DNA of 34,380 nt from Candidatus Omnitrophota bacterium (lineage in GTDB: Bacteria; Omnitrophota; Gorgyraeia; JAGLLT01): positions 1-34,380 of the forward strand of contig JAGLLT010000039.1 in assembly GCA_023140385.1 (NCBI GenBank), in the 5' to 3' direction. The notes below the pieces were generated by a model. The model was not told where the DNA came from. It saw only the letters and a program-made list of their open reading frames with translations, and made no database searches. Positions 8,601 through 16,056 of this stretch are shown here, one piece after another. Made by a program: the position numbers and the translations under genes. Position 1 is the first letter of the stretch, and each line of letters opens with the position of its first letter.

Positions 8601-9284
8601 ATCGCGGACTATCTGGTTAAAAAGTGCGTCTGGATTTTAGGCGGCGACGGTTGGGCCTATGACATCGGATATGGGGGGCTGGATCATGTGCTTGCTTCCG
8701 GCCACAACTTTAATGTGCTAATATTGGATACAGAGGTTTACTCTAATACCGGGGGGCAGATGTCAAAGGCGACACCAATGGGGGCTATAGCCAAGTTCGC
8801 GGCGGCCGGAAAACCTATTTTTAAAAAAGATATGGCCTTGCTTGCTTTAACTTATGGGAGCATTTATGTAGCCCGTATCGCTTTAGGGGCAAATCCGGCT
8901 CAGGCAATTAAAGCTTTTATAGAGGCGGAGAACTATGATGGGCCGTCGATGATTATTGCTTACAGCCACTGCATAGCTCACGGTATCAATATGACTAAAG
9001 GCCTGGAGGAGCAGAAAAGAGCGGTTCAGTCGGGGTGTTGGCCTCTTATCAGGTTTAATCCTGATTTAATAAAGGAAGGTAAAAACCCCCTGCAGTTGGA
9101 CAGCAAAGAGCCCAGCATTCCTCTTGAAGATTACTTTTATAATGAAAACAGATTTAGAGCCTTAAAGACGGCTAATCCTGAAAGAGCCAAAAAGCTTCTT
9201 GACGCGGCTCAAAAAGAGGTGACGTGTAGGTTTAAGAGATATCAGTATATGGCTAATATGGATTGTAGTTTGGAGGAGGGGTAA
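5676..9284 (+). CDS. nifJ: Pyruvate:ferredoxin (flavodoxin) oxidoreductase, single-chain
   Basis: MDGNTAAA, AIYPITPSS and QSEGGAAGAVHG motifs; two CxxCxxCxxxCP ferredoxin motifs; SGACPGCGE, NATGCSSIYG and GGDGWAYDIG (TPP). Start at 5676 has GGAG upstream; 5664 is an alternative. Confidence 0.97.
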   Translation: MSRRKIAMDGNTAAAYAGHALNEVIAIYPITPSSGIGEMADAKSAKGQKNIWGQIPAVSELQSEGGAAGAVHGALSAGSLTTTFTASQGLLLMMPNMFKIAGELTPAVFYVTARTVATHALSIFCDHSDIMAVRSTGFAILSASSVQEVMDLALVAQAATLESRVPFVFTFDGFRTSHEIQKIEEITFEDMKAVINDDFIKAHRRRALTPDRPAIKGTSQNPDVFFQERETVNTHYQKTPAIIQAVMDRFAKQVGRQYKLFEYIGAPDAERIIIIMGSAAETVQEAVEFLEAKGEKVGLVKVKLYRPFAIESFVKSLPASTKAITVLDRTKEPGAVGEPLYLDVRTAINEAMEKGITPFKIAPVIVGGKYGLGSKEFNPAMVKAVFDNLLPIDGGKAKNHFTVGIVDDVTGGSLEVNYDFSTEDSETFRGIFYGLGSDGTVGANKNSIKIIGELTDNYVQGYFVYDSKKAGSKTVSHLRFGKKPIRSTYLIKKANFVACHNFSFLEKYDMLSSAEEKATFLLASPFGKEEVWDKIPVEVQKQIIDKKLNFYIIPAYRLASEVGLGARINVIMQTAFFVISGIIPKEEAVKAIKDAIRKTYGKKGEKIVSMNSEAVDKAQGAIEKVDVPQEATSVITRPPVVPEGAPEFVKRVTAGIIAGEGDELPVSAFPNDGTFPTATSCFEKRNVAVEIPEWDPEICIQCGQCSLVCPHAAIRMKIYDKECLEKAPESFKSAQAKGKSLEGKSFTLQAAPEDCTGCGVCVNTCPVFKKDENNKPTDKKAINMVSQIEVREKEKENFDFFLSLPDMKVEELPVGIGTVKGSQLMRPLFEFSGACPGCGETAYVKLLTQLFGDRALIANATGCSSIYGGNLPTTPYCRNNEGKGPAWSNSLFEDNAEFGFGMRLSIEQISGRARLLLNELAGLDEYKRESSLFEEILTAVQKEQGDINKQRKSIIKLKKVLSQDKKNKAAAELFEIADYLVKKCVWILGGDGWAYDIGYGGLDHVLASGHNFNVLILDTEVYSNTGGQMSKATPMGAIAKFAAAGKPIFKKDMALLALTYGSIYVARIALGANPAQAIKAFIEAENYDGPSMIIAYSHCIAHGINMTKGLEEQKRAVQSGCWPLIRFNPDLIKEGKNPLQLDSKEPSIPLEDYFYNENRFRALKTANPERAKKLLDAAQKEVTCRFKRYQYMANMDCSLEEG

Positions 9285-9288
9285 TATG

Positions 9289-9355
9289 TCCCCCCTTGTT
9301 TTCTTTCGAAAACACGCAGGGGGGATCAATCCTCCCGCCACGGCGGGATCATTGA
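9289..9355. repeat. Intergenic tandem double hairpin (REP-like)
   Basis: TCCCCCCT-TGTTTTC-tttc-GAAAACA-cgc-AGGGGGGA (9289-9325), then TCAAT-cc-TCCCGC-cacg-GCGGGA-tc-ATTGA (9326-9355). Confidence 0.65.
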
Positions 9356-9367
9356 GAGGGATAGGCG

Positions 9368-9556
9368 ATGAAAGCGATAGTTGAAAAAGAGGTGTGTACC
9401 GGATGTGGGCTATGTGCCAATACTTGTCCGGAGGTGTTTGAGATGGTGGATGATGTAGCAGTGGTAAAGGGTGAAGCTGTACCTGAGGCGGCGGCAGGGT
9501 CTGCCAAAGAGGCGGCTCAAAATTGTCCGGTCGAGGCAATAGTAATAGAAGAATAG
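9368..9556 (+). CDS. Ferredoxin, single-cluster [4Fe-4S] type
   Basis: CTGCGLCANTCPEVF ... CPVEAI, 62 aa, acidic. Confidence 0.93.
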   Translation: MKAIVEKEVCTGCGLCANTCPEVFEMVDDVAVVKGEAVPEAAAGSAKEAAQNCPVEAIVIEE

Positions 9557-9608
9557 TTACTTCCTTATTATAGCGAACTTTTCTAATGGAGCGTGCTGAG
9601 AAAGCAGA

Positions 9609-10319
9609 ATGATAGAAGAGCTGCTGTCCAATCTTGAGGTTTACATTCAAGCCGGCCGGGTGACATCATACCTGGCCGCTTTTGTTAGCGGCGTGTTAGT
9701 TAGCTTGACGCCCTGTTTTTATCCTTTAATTCCCGTAACCATAGGATATATCGGGGCTAACGCGGCCAGCAGGTTAAAGGCTTTTTTCCTTTCTTTATTT
9801 TACGTTTTAGGGATAAGCCTGACCTATGCTGTTCTGGGTATTGTTGCCGGTTTAAGTGGACAGCTTTTTGGTAAGATTTCAACTTATCCGGTTTTTTCGT
9901 TAATAGCAGGGCTTCTCTATCTTACTCTTGGACTGTCAGCAATTGGTTTGTTTAAATTCCGCCTGCCTTCATTTCTGACAAGTTCTAAGATAAAAATAGA
10001 AAAGCGTTCGCCGTCTCTCTTATTCAGTTTCGTTGTTGGTATAGCATCAGGATTGATTGTCGCGCCCTGCGCGGCGCCGGCTTTGATTTTAATCTTATCA
10101 TATATTGCCGGTAAGCAGACGCTGTTTTTCGGAGCGGGCTTAATGCTTACTTTTGCCTTTGGCATGGGAACACTGTTACTCTTAATCGGCACCTTTGCCG
10201 GAATCTTGCGTTCTTTGCCTAAAGCCGGCTCCTGGATGGAGAAGGTTAATAAAATTTTTGGAATTATCCTGATTATTGTTGGAGTTTATTTTATTAAAAG
10301 GGCAATCTCGCTTTTTTAA
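9609..10319 (+). CDS. ccdA: CcdA / DsbD transmembrane-domain thiol-disulfide transporter
   Basis: Multiple TM helices with the two redox Cys in SLTPCFYPLIP and VAPCAAPAL; LPKAGSWM motif. Confidence 0.88.
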   Translation: MIEELLSNLEVYIQAGRVTSYLAAFVSGVLVSLTPCFYPLIPVTIGYIGANAASRLKAFFLSLFYVLGISLTYAVLGIVAGLSGQLFGKISTYPVFSLIAGLLYLTLGLSAIGLFKFRLPSFLTSSKIKIEKRSPSLLFSFVVGIASGLIVAPCAAPALILILSYIAGKQTLFFGAGLMLTFAFGMGTLLLLIGTFAGILRSLPKAGSWMEKVNKIFGIILIIVGVYFIKRAISLF

Positions 10320-10340
10320 TAGTAAAGACGAGGGGGATAA

Positions 10341-10853
10341 ATGAACGGTTTCAAAAAAGTTACAGCGGTAAGTATTTTTCTTATTATAACTTCTTTAGTT
10401 TTTATAAACATTTTACCGGCTAAATCCAGGAATCTGACGGTGGGAGAAAAGGCGCCTGATTTTACCCTTTCTGACACTAAGGGTAACGTAATATCTCTAA
10501 GTGATTACAAAGGAAAAAACGTGGTGCTTATTGATTTTTTTACTACCTGGTGTCCCAGTTGTGTCCGCTATATGAGCGTGGTAGAAAAATTTTATAAGAG
10601 ACATAAGAAAAAAGGGCTGGTTGTTTTAAGTATTGATATAGAAGAGCCGGTTGATAAAGTAACCAAGGTCGTCGAAAAATATAAAATTTCTTATACTATG
10701 CTGCTTGATAAGAATGGCGCTACTGCCAGGGACTATAATGTACGAGGTGTTCCTTATGTGATGGTGATTGATAAAAAAGGCAACATCAGGTGGATAGGGC
10801 GCCTTTTTACTAAAGAGATGAAAAAGTTAGTCAGCCAATTGCTGGCAGAATAA
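10341..10853 (+). CDS. TlpA/ResA-family thiol-disulfide oxidoreductase (exported)
   Basis: N-terminal signal/anchor, GEKAPDFTL, SLSDYKGK, TTWCPSC, YNVRGVP. Confidence 0.9.
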   Translation: MNGFKKVTAVSIFLIITSLVFINILPAKSRNLTVGEKAPDFTLSDTKGNVISLSDYKGKNVVLIDFFTTWCPSCVRYMSVVEKFYKRHKKKGLVVLSIDIEEPVDKVTKVVEKYKISYTMLLDKNGATARDYNVRGVPYVMVIDKKGNIRWIGRLFTKEMKKLVSQLLAE

Positions 10854-10869
10854 AAGTGAATTTTTTATT

Positions 10870-11985
10870 ATGATTACACCTAATCCCTTTACGCCGCAGT
10901 CCGGCTGGGAGCCGAGAGTCTTCGGCGGCAGAGATGAAGAGCTAAAGTACTTTCAGAAAATACTGTCTGAAAGCGCGGTTAATCGCGCTAATCATATAGT
11001 GGTTCTGGGAGAGTGGGGGACGGGTAAGACCTCTTTATCAAAACAGTATAAGAAGATATCTCAAAACATAGGTTATCCGGCGTCACTTTGCCCCATAAGC
11101 AGGATTAACTCAAAGTCACATTTAAAGGACGCTATCAGCCTGATTTCAGAGGAGATGCTGGCCGGTTTTCCCCAAGCCGGAGGTGACAGCGGCCTCCATG
11201 AGAAATTTAAAAAGAAAGGTTCTCTCCAGCCACAGGTTCAGTTTACGAAGTTCCTTCTGGACTTATGGAAATATATTCGGGCGGACTTAGCCGTCGTTTT
11301 ACTTGATGATATTCAGAACCTTGATGTGGAATCAGGAGTAATTGATATACTGCGATCTGTATTAAGTAAAGAAGAAATTTTAAAAAATACAAACTATCTT
11401 TTTGTGCTTTGCTCAACACCCAAAGGCTGGGAGGGGTTTATAGACAAGCATAATCCTGTAGGGCGTTTTTTCAGAAAGAGGGTTTATCTGAAAAGCCTTA
11501 GCCGGATTGATACGCGTAAGATTATAGAAAATAGCTTAAAGAATACCGGGGTGAGCTTTAGTGAAAAGGTTGAAGAGAGGGTGTACTTAGACGCCCTGGG
11601 GCACCCGTATGAAACCCAGCTTTTATGCAGTCATCTCTACGATGCCCAGATTGAAGGGCAGGTTACGGCTGATATTTATGACGCTGTCTTTAAAAACGCC
11701 CTTAAAGAGTTGGGTAGGGATTACTTTGAGGCGCTCTTTAGAAGGGCGAGTGAACGCGAGGCAGAGGTTCTGGCCATTCTGATGGAGAAAAACAGGCCTA
11801 TGGTGATCGGTGATGTGCGCTCTGTAATGATTACCGAAAAAAGAGCCGCTAACTTTCCGATTGCCAATGTCAAAAACTTCCTCTACCGCCTTGAGGAGAA
11901 AGAACTTATAAAAAGAAATGAAAAAGGCGAATTTGAAATATCAGACCCTATGTTTTTAAAATATTTAAAAATGTTTAAGTCATAA
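10870..11985 (+). CDS. AAA-family ATPase (AAA_16/archaeal-ATPase-like) with a C-terminal winged helix
   Basis: NPFTP..G.EP.VFGGRDEEL, Walker A GEWGTGKT, Walker B VLLDD, GHPY motif, C-terminal LYRLEEKELIKRNEKGEFEISDPMF. Confidence 0.82.
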   Translation: MITPNPFTPQSGWEPRVFGGRDEELKYFQKILSESAVNRANHIVVLGEWGTGKTSLSKQYKKISQNIGYPASLCPISRINSKSHLKDAISLISEEMLAGFPQAGGDSGLHEKFKKKGSLQPQVQFTKFLLDLWKYIRADLAVVLLDDIQNLDVESGVIDILRSVLSKEEILKNTNYLFVLCSTPKGWEGFIDKHNPVGRFFRKRVYLKSLSRIDTRKIIENSLKNTGVSFSEKVEERVYLDALGHPYETQLLCSHLYDAQIEGQVTADIYDAVFKNALKELGRDYFEALFRRASEREAEVLAILMEKNRPMVIGDVRSVMITEKRAANFPIANVKNFLYRLEEKELIKRNEKGEFEISDPMFLKYLKMFKS

Positions 11986-12010
11986 GATTGATTATTACTA
12001 AGGGGGACGA

Positions 12011-12481
12011 ATGACTGGATTAAGAGATAAGATTGAACAGGATATAGTTGAAGCTCTGAAGCAAAAAAACAGCGCCAAAGTGTCGGCCTTAAAAATGTTA
12101 AAGGCGGCCGTAGAGGAAAGGTCGATTCAGAACAAGAAGGAAGAGCTAAAAGAAGAAGAGGTTCTGGAGGTAGTAAGAAAGCAGTTAAAGCAGGTGAAAG
12201 AGTCTATTGAGGCCTTTGAAAAGGGCGGCCGGCCTGACCTGGTTAAAAAAGAAGAGGTCGCCTTAGAGCTATTAAAGGCCTATCTGCCGCCCGAGGCAAC
12301 GGTTGAAGAAATTACCGGCTGTGTCAAAAAGGTGATAGAGGAGTTTAAGCCCGCGGGCGGGAAAGATTTCGGCCGTGTTATGAAGGAGGCAATGATGCTT
12401 TTAAAAGGTAAAGCTGACGGCAAATTAGTCAGCCGGATAGTAAAAGAGGAACTCTCAAAGTCAGAAAAAGGCGGCGGCTGA
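12011..12481 (+). CDS. GatB/YqeY domain protein
   Basis: LKMLKAAV, ESIEAFEKGGRPDL, YLPP, DFGRVMK, GKADGKLVS. Confidence 0.92.
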   Translation: MTGLRDKIEQDIVEALKQKNSAKVSALKMLKAAVEERSIQNKKEELKEEEVLEVVRKQLKQVKESIEAFEKGGRPDLVKKEEVALELLKAYLPPEATVEEITGCVKKVIEEFKPAGGKDFGRVMKEAMMLLKGKADGKLVSRIVKEELSKSEKGGG

Positions 12482-12487
12482 TTTTTT

Positions 12488-13264
12488 ATGAAGACCTTAA
12501 AATTTTTAGGAACGGCCGGCGCCAGGTTTGTGATGTTGAAACAACTACGCGCTTCAGGCGGGTTATGGCTGTGCTGGGATGATACCAGCGTATTGATTGA
12601 TCCGGGGCCCGGTAGTCTGGTAAAGTGCCTGCGTTCGCGCCCTAAGCTGGAACCTTCGAAGTTGGACGGGATTATTCTGACCCATCGCCACTTAGACCAC
12701 TCAGGCGATATAAATGTGATGATTGAGGCGATGACCAACGGGGGCCTTAAGAAAAAAGGTGTTGTTTTCGCGCCGCGGGACGCCCTGGATGATGATCCAG
12801 TTATCTTGAAATACAATCGTAATTTTGTTGACAAAATAGAGGTTTTAAAGGAAAATAAAACCTATAAAATTAAAAGTTTATCATTTCAGACTTCAGTCGA
12901 ACATATTCACGATTGCCAGACATACGGTTTGAACTTTATAGACGGTTCAAAAGTGCTGTTGTCGTTGATAGCTGACACACAGTATTTTAAAGGTTTAGAA
13001 GAAAAGTATTCGGGTGAGATTTTAGTGATTAACGTTGCCAGGCATGAGCCCAAAGAAGGCGTTAAGCATTTGGATGTTGACGGCGTCAAAAAGATACTTT
13101 CAAAAACAAAAGCCAGGGTTTGTATCCTGACTCACTTTGGAATGACAATGCTAAAGAGCGGCCCGTTTAAGATAGCGGAAGGCCTGCAAAATGAGTTCAA
13201 AAATGTTAAAGTTATAGCGGCTTATGACGGTATGACTTTTAAACTTGAAAGGGATTCACTATGA
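12488..13264 (+). CDS. MBL-fold metallo-hydrolase
   Basis: FLGTAG, IDPGPG, THRHLDH, ADT and THFG metal-binding motifs. Confidence 0.9.
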   Translation: MKTLKFLGTAGARFVMLKQLRASGGLWLCWDDTSVLIDPGPGSLVKCLRSRPKLEPSKLDGIILTHRHLDHSGDINVMIEAMTNGGLKKKGVVFAPRDALDDDPVILKYNRNFVDKIEVLKENKTYKIKSLSFQTSVEHIHDCQTYGLNFIDGSKVLLSLIADTQYFKGLEEKYSGEILVINVARHEPKEGVKHLDVDGVKKILSKTKARVCILTHFGMTMLKSGPFKIAEGLQNEFKNVKVIAAYDGMTFKLERDSL

Positions 13265-14418
13265 AATTTTCTAAAAGAGCGCAGGCTATAAAGGCTTCGC
13301 TTACTTTGGCTATTACTTCAAAGGCGAAAAAATTAAAGGCAAGCGGAGAAAATGTGATAAATTTCGCGGCCGGAGAGCCTTATCTTGATACTCCGGAGCA
13401 CATTAAAGAAGCGGCTATAGAAGCTATAAGGCAGGGTTTTACTAAATATACGCCGGCGGCAGGAGCTCCTTTTTTGAAAAAGGCGATTATTGAAAAGTTT
13501 AAAAAGGACAATAATCTTGAATATAACAACAGTCAAATTGTAGTCTCCTGCGGCGCCAAACACTCTCTTTTTAACGTAATGGAGGTGCTTTGTGATGAAG
13601 GCGATGAGGTGATTATTCCGGCTCCCTACTGGGTAAGTTACCCGGAGATGGTGAGGTTTGCCGGAGGACAGCCGGTGATAATAAAAACACTGGAAAAAAA
13701 TAAGTTTAAATTTACTACGGACACACTGGAAAAATATATTACCGCTAAAACAAAAATTTTAATTTTAAACAGCCCTTCCAATCCGGCAGGAACCGTTTAT
13801 ACGAAAGATGAGTTGAGAAAAATAGCTAAGGTAGCGGTTGAGCACAACATATATGTAATCAGCGATGAAATATACGAGAAGATTATCTATGATAACAACA
13901 GGCATGCCTCTATCGCCTCCTTTGACAAAGACATATACAAGCTGACGGTGACAATTAACGGTGTTTCAAAGGCCTATTCAATGACCGGTTGGCGCATAGG
14001 CTATCTGGGGGCGAGTGAAGAAGTGGCCGCCAAAGTTAATAATCTACAGAGTCACTCAACCTCCAACCCCTCTTCTATCAGCCAGAAGGCGGCCTGGGCG
14101 GCCCTGACCTCAGATGAAAGATTTGTCCGGGAGATGGTCAGAGAGTTTGACATCAGAAGAAAAAAAATGGTTAGCGGCCTAAACAGGATTAACGGCTTTT
14201 CCTGCGATATGCCCCAAGGGTCCTTTTACTGTTTCTGCAATACAAAAGAGACCAGATTAAATTCTATGGATATAGCTAATAAACTTCTTGATGAACTAAA
14301 AATCGCCGTTATTCCCGGTATAGCCTTTGGGCAGGAGAATTACATCAGAGTCAGCTACTCCTGCGGCTACGAAGAAATAGACGAAGGCTTAAGGAGATTA
14401 AAGGAACTGTTTGGTTAA
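13261..14418 (+). CDS. PLP-dependent class I/II aminotransferase (aspartate aminotransferase-like)
   Basis: GEP, YWVSY, NSPSNPAG, SDEIY and SKAYSMTGWRIGY (PLP Lys); start overlaps the upstream stop (ATGA). Confidence 0.93.
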   Translation: MKFSKRAQAIKASLTLAITSKAKKLKASGENVINFAAGEPYLDTPEHIKEAAIEAIRQGFTKYTPAAGAPFLKKAIIEKFKKDNNLEYNNSQIVVSCGAKHSLFNVMEVLCDEGDEVIIPAPYWVSYPEMVRFAGGQPVIIKTLEKNKFKFTTDTLEKYITAKTKILILNSPSNPAGTVYTKDELRKIAKVAVEHNIYVISDEIYEKIIYDNNRHASIASFDKDIYKLTVTINGVSKAYSMTGWRIGYLGASEEVAAKVNNLQSHSTSNPSSISQKAAWAALTSDERFVREMVREFDIRRKKMVSGLNRINGFSCDMPQGSFYCFCNTKETRLNSMDIANKLLDELKIAVIPGIAFGQENYIRVSYSCGYEEIDEGLRRLKELFG

Positions 14419-14549
14419 AAGTACATTTGACTTTTCCCGCCTAATATTTCATTCAAATAACAAAAACATACCTATATCTTACCTTGTAGGCGGGGCAAGG
14501 ATTATGAATAACAGTAATTTATTATAGAAAAGATGATAGGTATCCTTTA

Positions 14550-15614
14550 ATGTTTTTAAAGACGCTACAAAAAATAATTTTTCTGGTATTATTTTTTACA
14601 TCTACTTGCTTCTCATCCTCCGCTGATGTTATCTACCTTAATAATGGCAATAAAATGGAGGGTATTATTCTTGAAGATAAGCCAGAAGAGATTATTATTC
14701 AGTTAAATATCGGCACGGTGGTTTTTAGTTATAATCAAATTGAGAAAGTTGAAAAATGGTCTGAAGATGAAAATCAGTGTCTTAAAAAAGGGTGGTTGAG
14801 TAAGAAGGAAAAACTTAAAAAAGAAATTGAAGAAATTAAAAATACCCAACCGGCTAAAACCCAAATAACTGAAAAATCTGAGAAAATTCAGGAGGAAAAG
14901 GTTAAAAAAAAAGAAGAATATGTAATTGAGCCTGTAGTAACTCCGCCTCTAAGGCGCAAAAAAGTTTCTTCCAAACATACTCGGTATAAAAACCTATTAA
15001 GTAAAACTACTCTTATGAAGCTCAAGAAAGATCCCGATCAAACCTACTATATCTATTTGCCTAAAAAATATTCTCCGTCTAAAGAATGGCCTCTTTTTAT
15101 TGGGATCCACGGTCTTGGTGCCGATGGCAAACAGTCAATAGATCTGTGGAGAGAATTTGCTGACGGAGAAGGTTTTATTTTAGTTTGCCCTAATTTTGGA
15201 GATGGCTACGCACTGTTAAGGAATAATGCTGATAAAAGAATGAAAGATATTATTAAAGAAGTTGGAAAGAACTTTAAGATTGATAAAGAAAAAATCCTTA
15301 TGGCTGGTTTTTCTGGAGGCGCGCAGTTCCTTAGCAGATTTGTCTTTAGGCATCGGAATATTGTTAGAGCTGTTTCTATAATATCGGGAAGATGGTTTGA
15401 CTTATCAGTAATAAGAAAATCAGCCAAAACCAAGTTTTTGATAACAGTAGGAGAAAATGATACGGAAAGAATAGGCGACTCAAGGGAGTTTGCCAAACGC
15501 CTTAAAGATAAAGGATGTAAAGTAAAATTCAAAATTTGTCCTGGAGCTGGTCACTGGGTTTGTGATGAAGCTAAAAAGTTGACTATGGATTTATTTAGGC
15601 AGATAAAATTATGA
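14550..15614 (+). CDS. Secreted alpha/beta hydrolase (esterase/peptidase-like) with an N-terminal small beta domain and a charged linker
   Basis: Signal peptide ending SSA/DVIYLNNGNKMEGII; YYIYLP, IHGLG, nucleophile elbow AGFSGGAQ, GEND (Asp), GAGH (His); AT-rich. Confidence 0.8.
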   Translation: MFLKTLQKIIFLVLFFTSTCFSSSADVIYLNNGNKMEGIILEDKPEEIIIQLNIGTVVFSYNQIEKVEKWSEDENQCLKKGWLSKKEKLKKEIEEIKNTQPAKTQITEKSEKIQEEKVKKKEEYVIEPVVTPPLRRKKVSSKHTRYKNLLSKTTLMKLKKDPDQTYYIYLPKKYSPSKEWPLFIGIHGLGADGKQSIDLWREFADGEGFILVCPNFGDGYALLRNNADKRMKDIIKEVGKNFKIDKEKILMAGFSGGAQFLSRFVFRHRNIVRAVSIISGRWFDLSVIRKSAKTKFLITVGENDTERIGDSREFAKRLKDKGCKVKFKICPGAGHWVCDEAKKLTMDLFRQIKL

Positions 15615-15669
15615 AAGATGAATCATAAATGGCGATATGAGTAAGGGTGAAAAAAGTAAAGGAGCATCT

Positions 15670-15985
15670 ATGAGAAAAGATATGTATGTAGTCGTTGTTA
15701 TCGTTTCTGGATTAGCTGTAGCAATGCTCAGCTTACATTGATGATATCTCTTTAGGAGTGGTTAAAGTAGAAGGCGAAATAGATCCAATTACAAAAGTGA
15801 TGATGGATATCGAAAGTCCAATATCGGGAGTAGAATTGGATATTCGGTATGACAATCTGAAAGTACGAAGTTCTGGCGATTTATACAAGTTCAAACAAGA
15901 AATGTTCGCAGAGTCATTTTTCTCAACACATATCACAATCCAACCTGAAAATTTACCTACATTTATCAAGAATCATCAAAAATAA
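15670..15985 (+). pseudogene. Frameshifted small secreted-protein gene (or sequencing indel)
   Basis: GGAG-ATG at 15670 encodes a signal-like MRKDMYVVVVIVSGLAVAM... that stops at 15739-15741. The +1 frame is open from 15722 (QCSAYIDDISLGVVKVEGE...) to 15985. Confidence 0.5.
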
Positions 15986-15988
15986 CAC

Positions 15989-16018
15989 TTGCCAGACATT
16001 TTATAAGTGTGTTATATT
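15989..16018 (+). promoter_or_regulatory. Probable sigma70 promoter for the hydratase-icd-mdh operon
   Basis: TTGCCA (15989-15994), 18 bp spacer, extended -10 TG-t-TATATT (16010-16018). Confidence 0.5.
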
Positions 16019-16056
16019 AGTATTCAACACATTAAATTAAAGGATATTTATATAGT

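Noticed and set aside
14427..14455. TTGACT promoter upstream of the hydrolase
   Set aside because: No acceptable -10 box at 16-18 bp.
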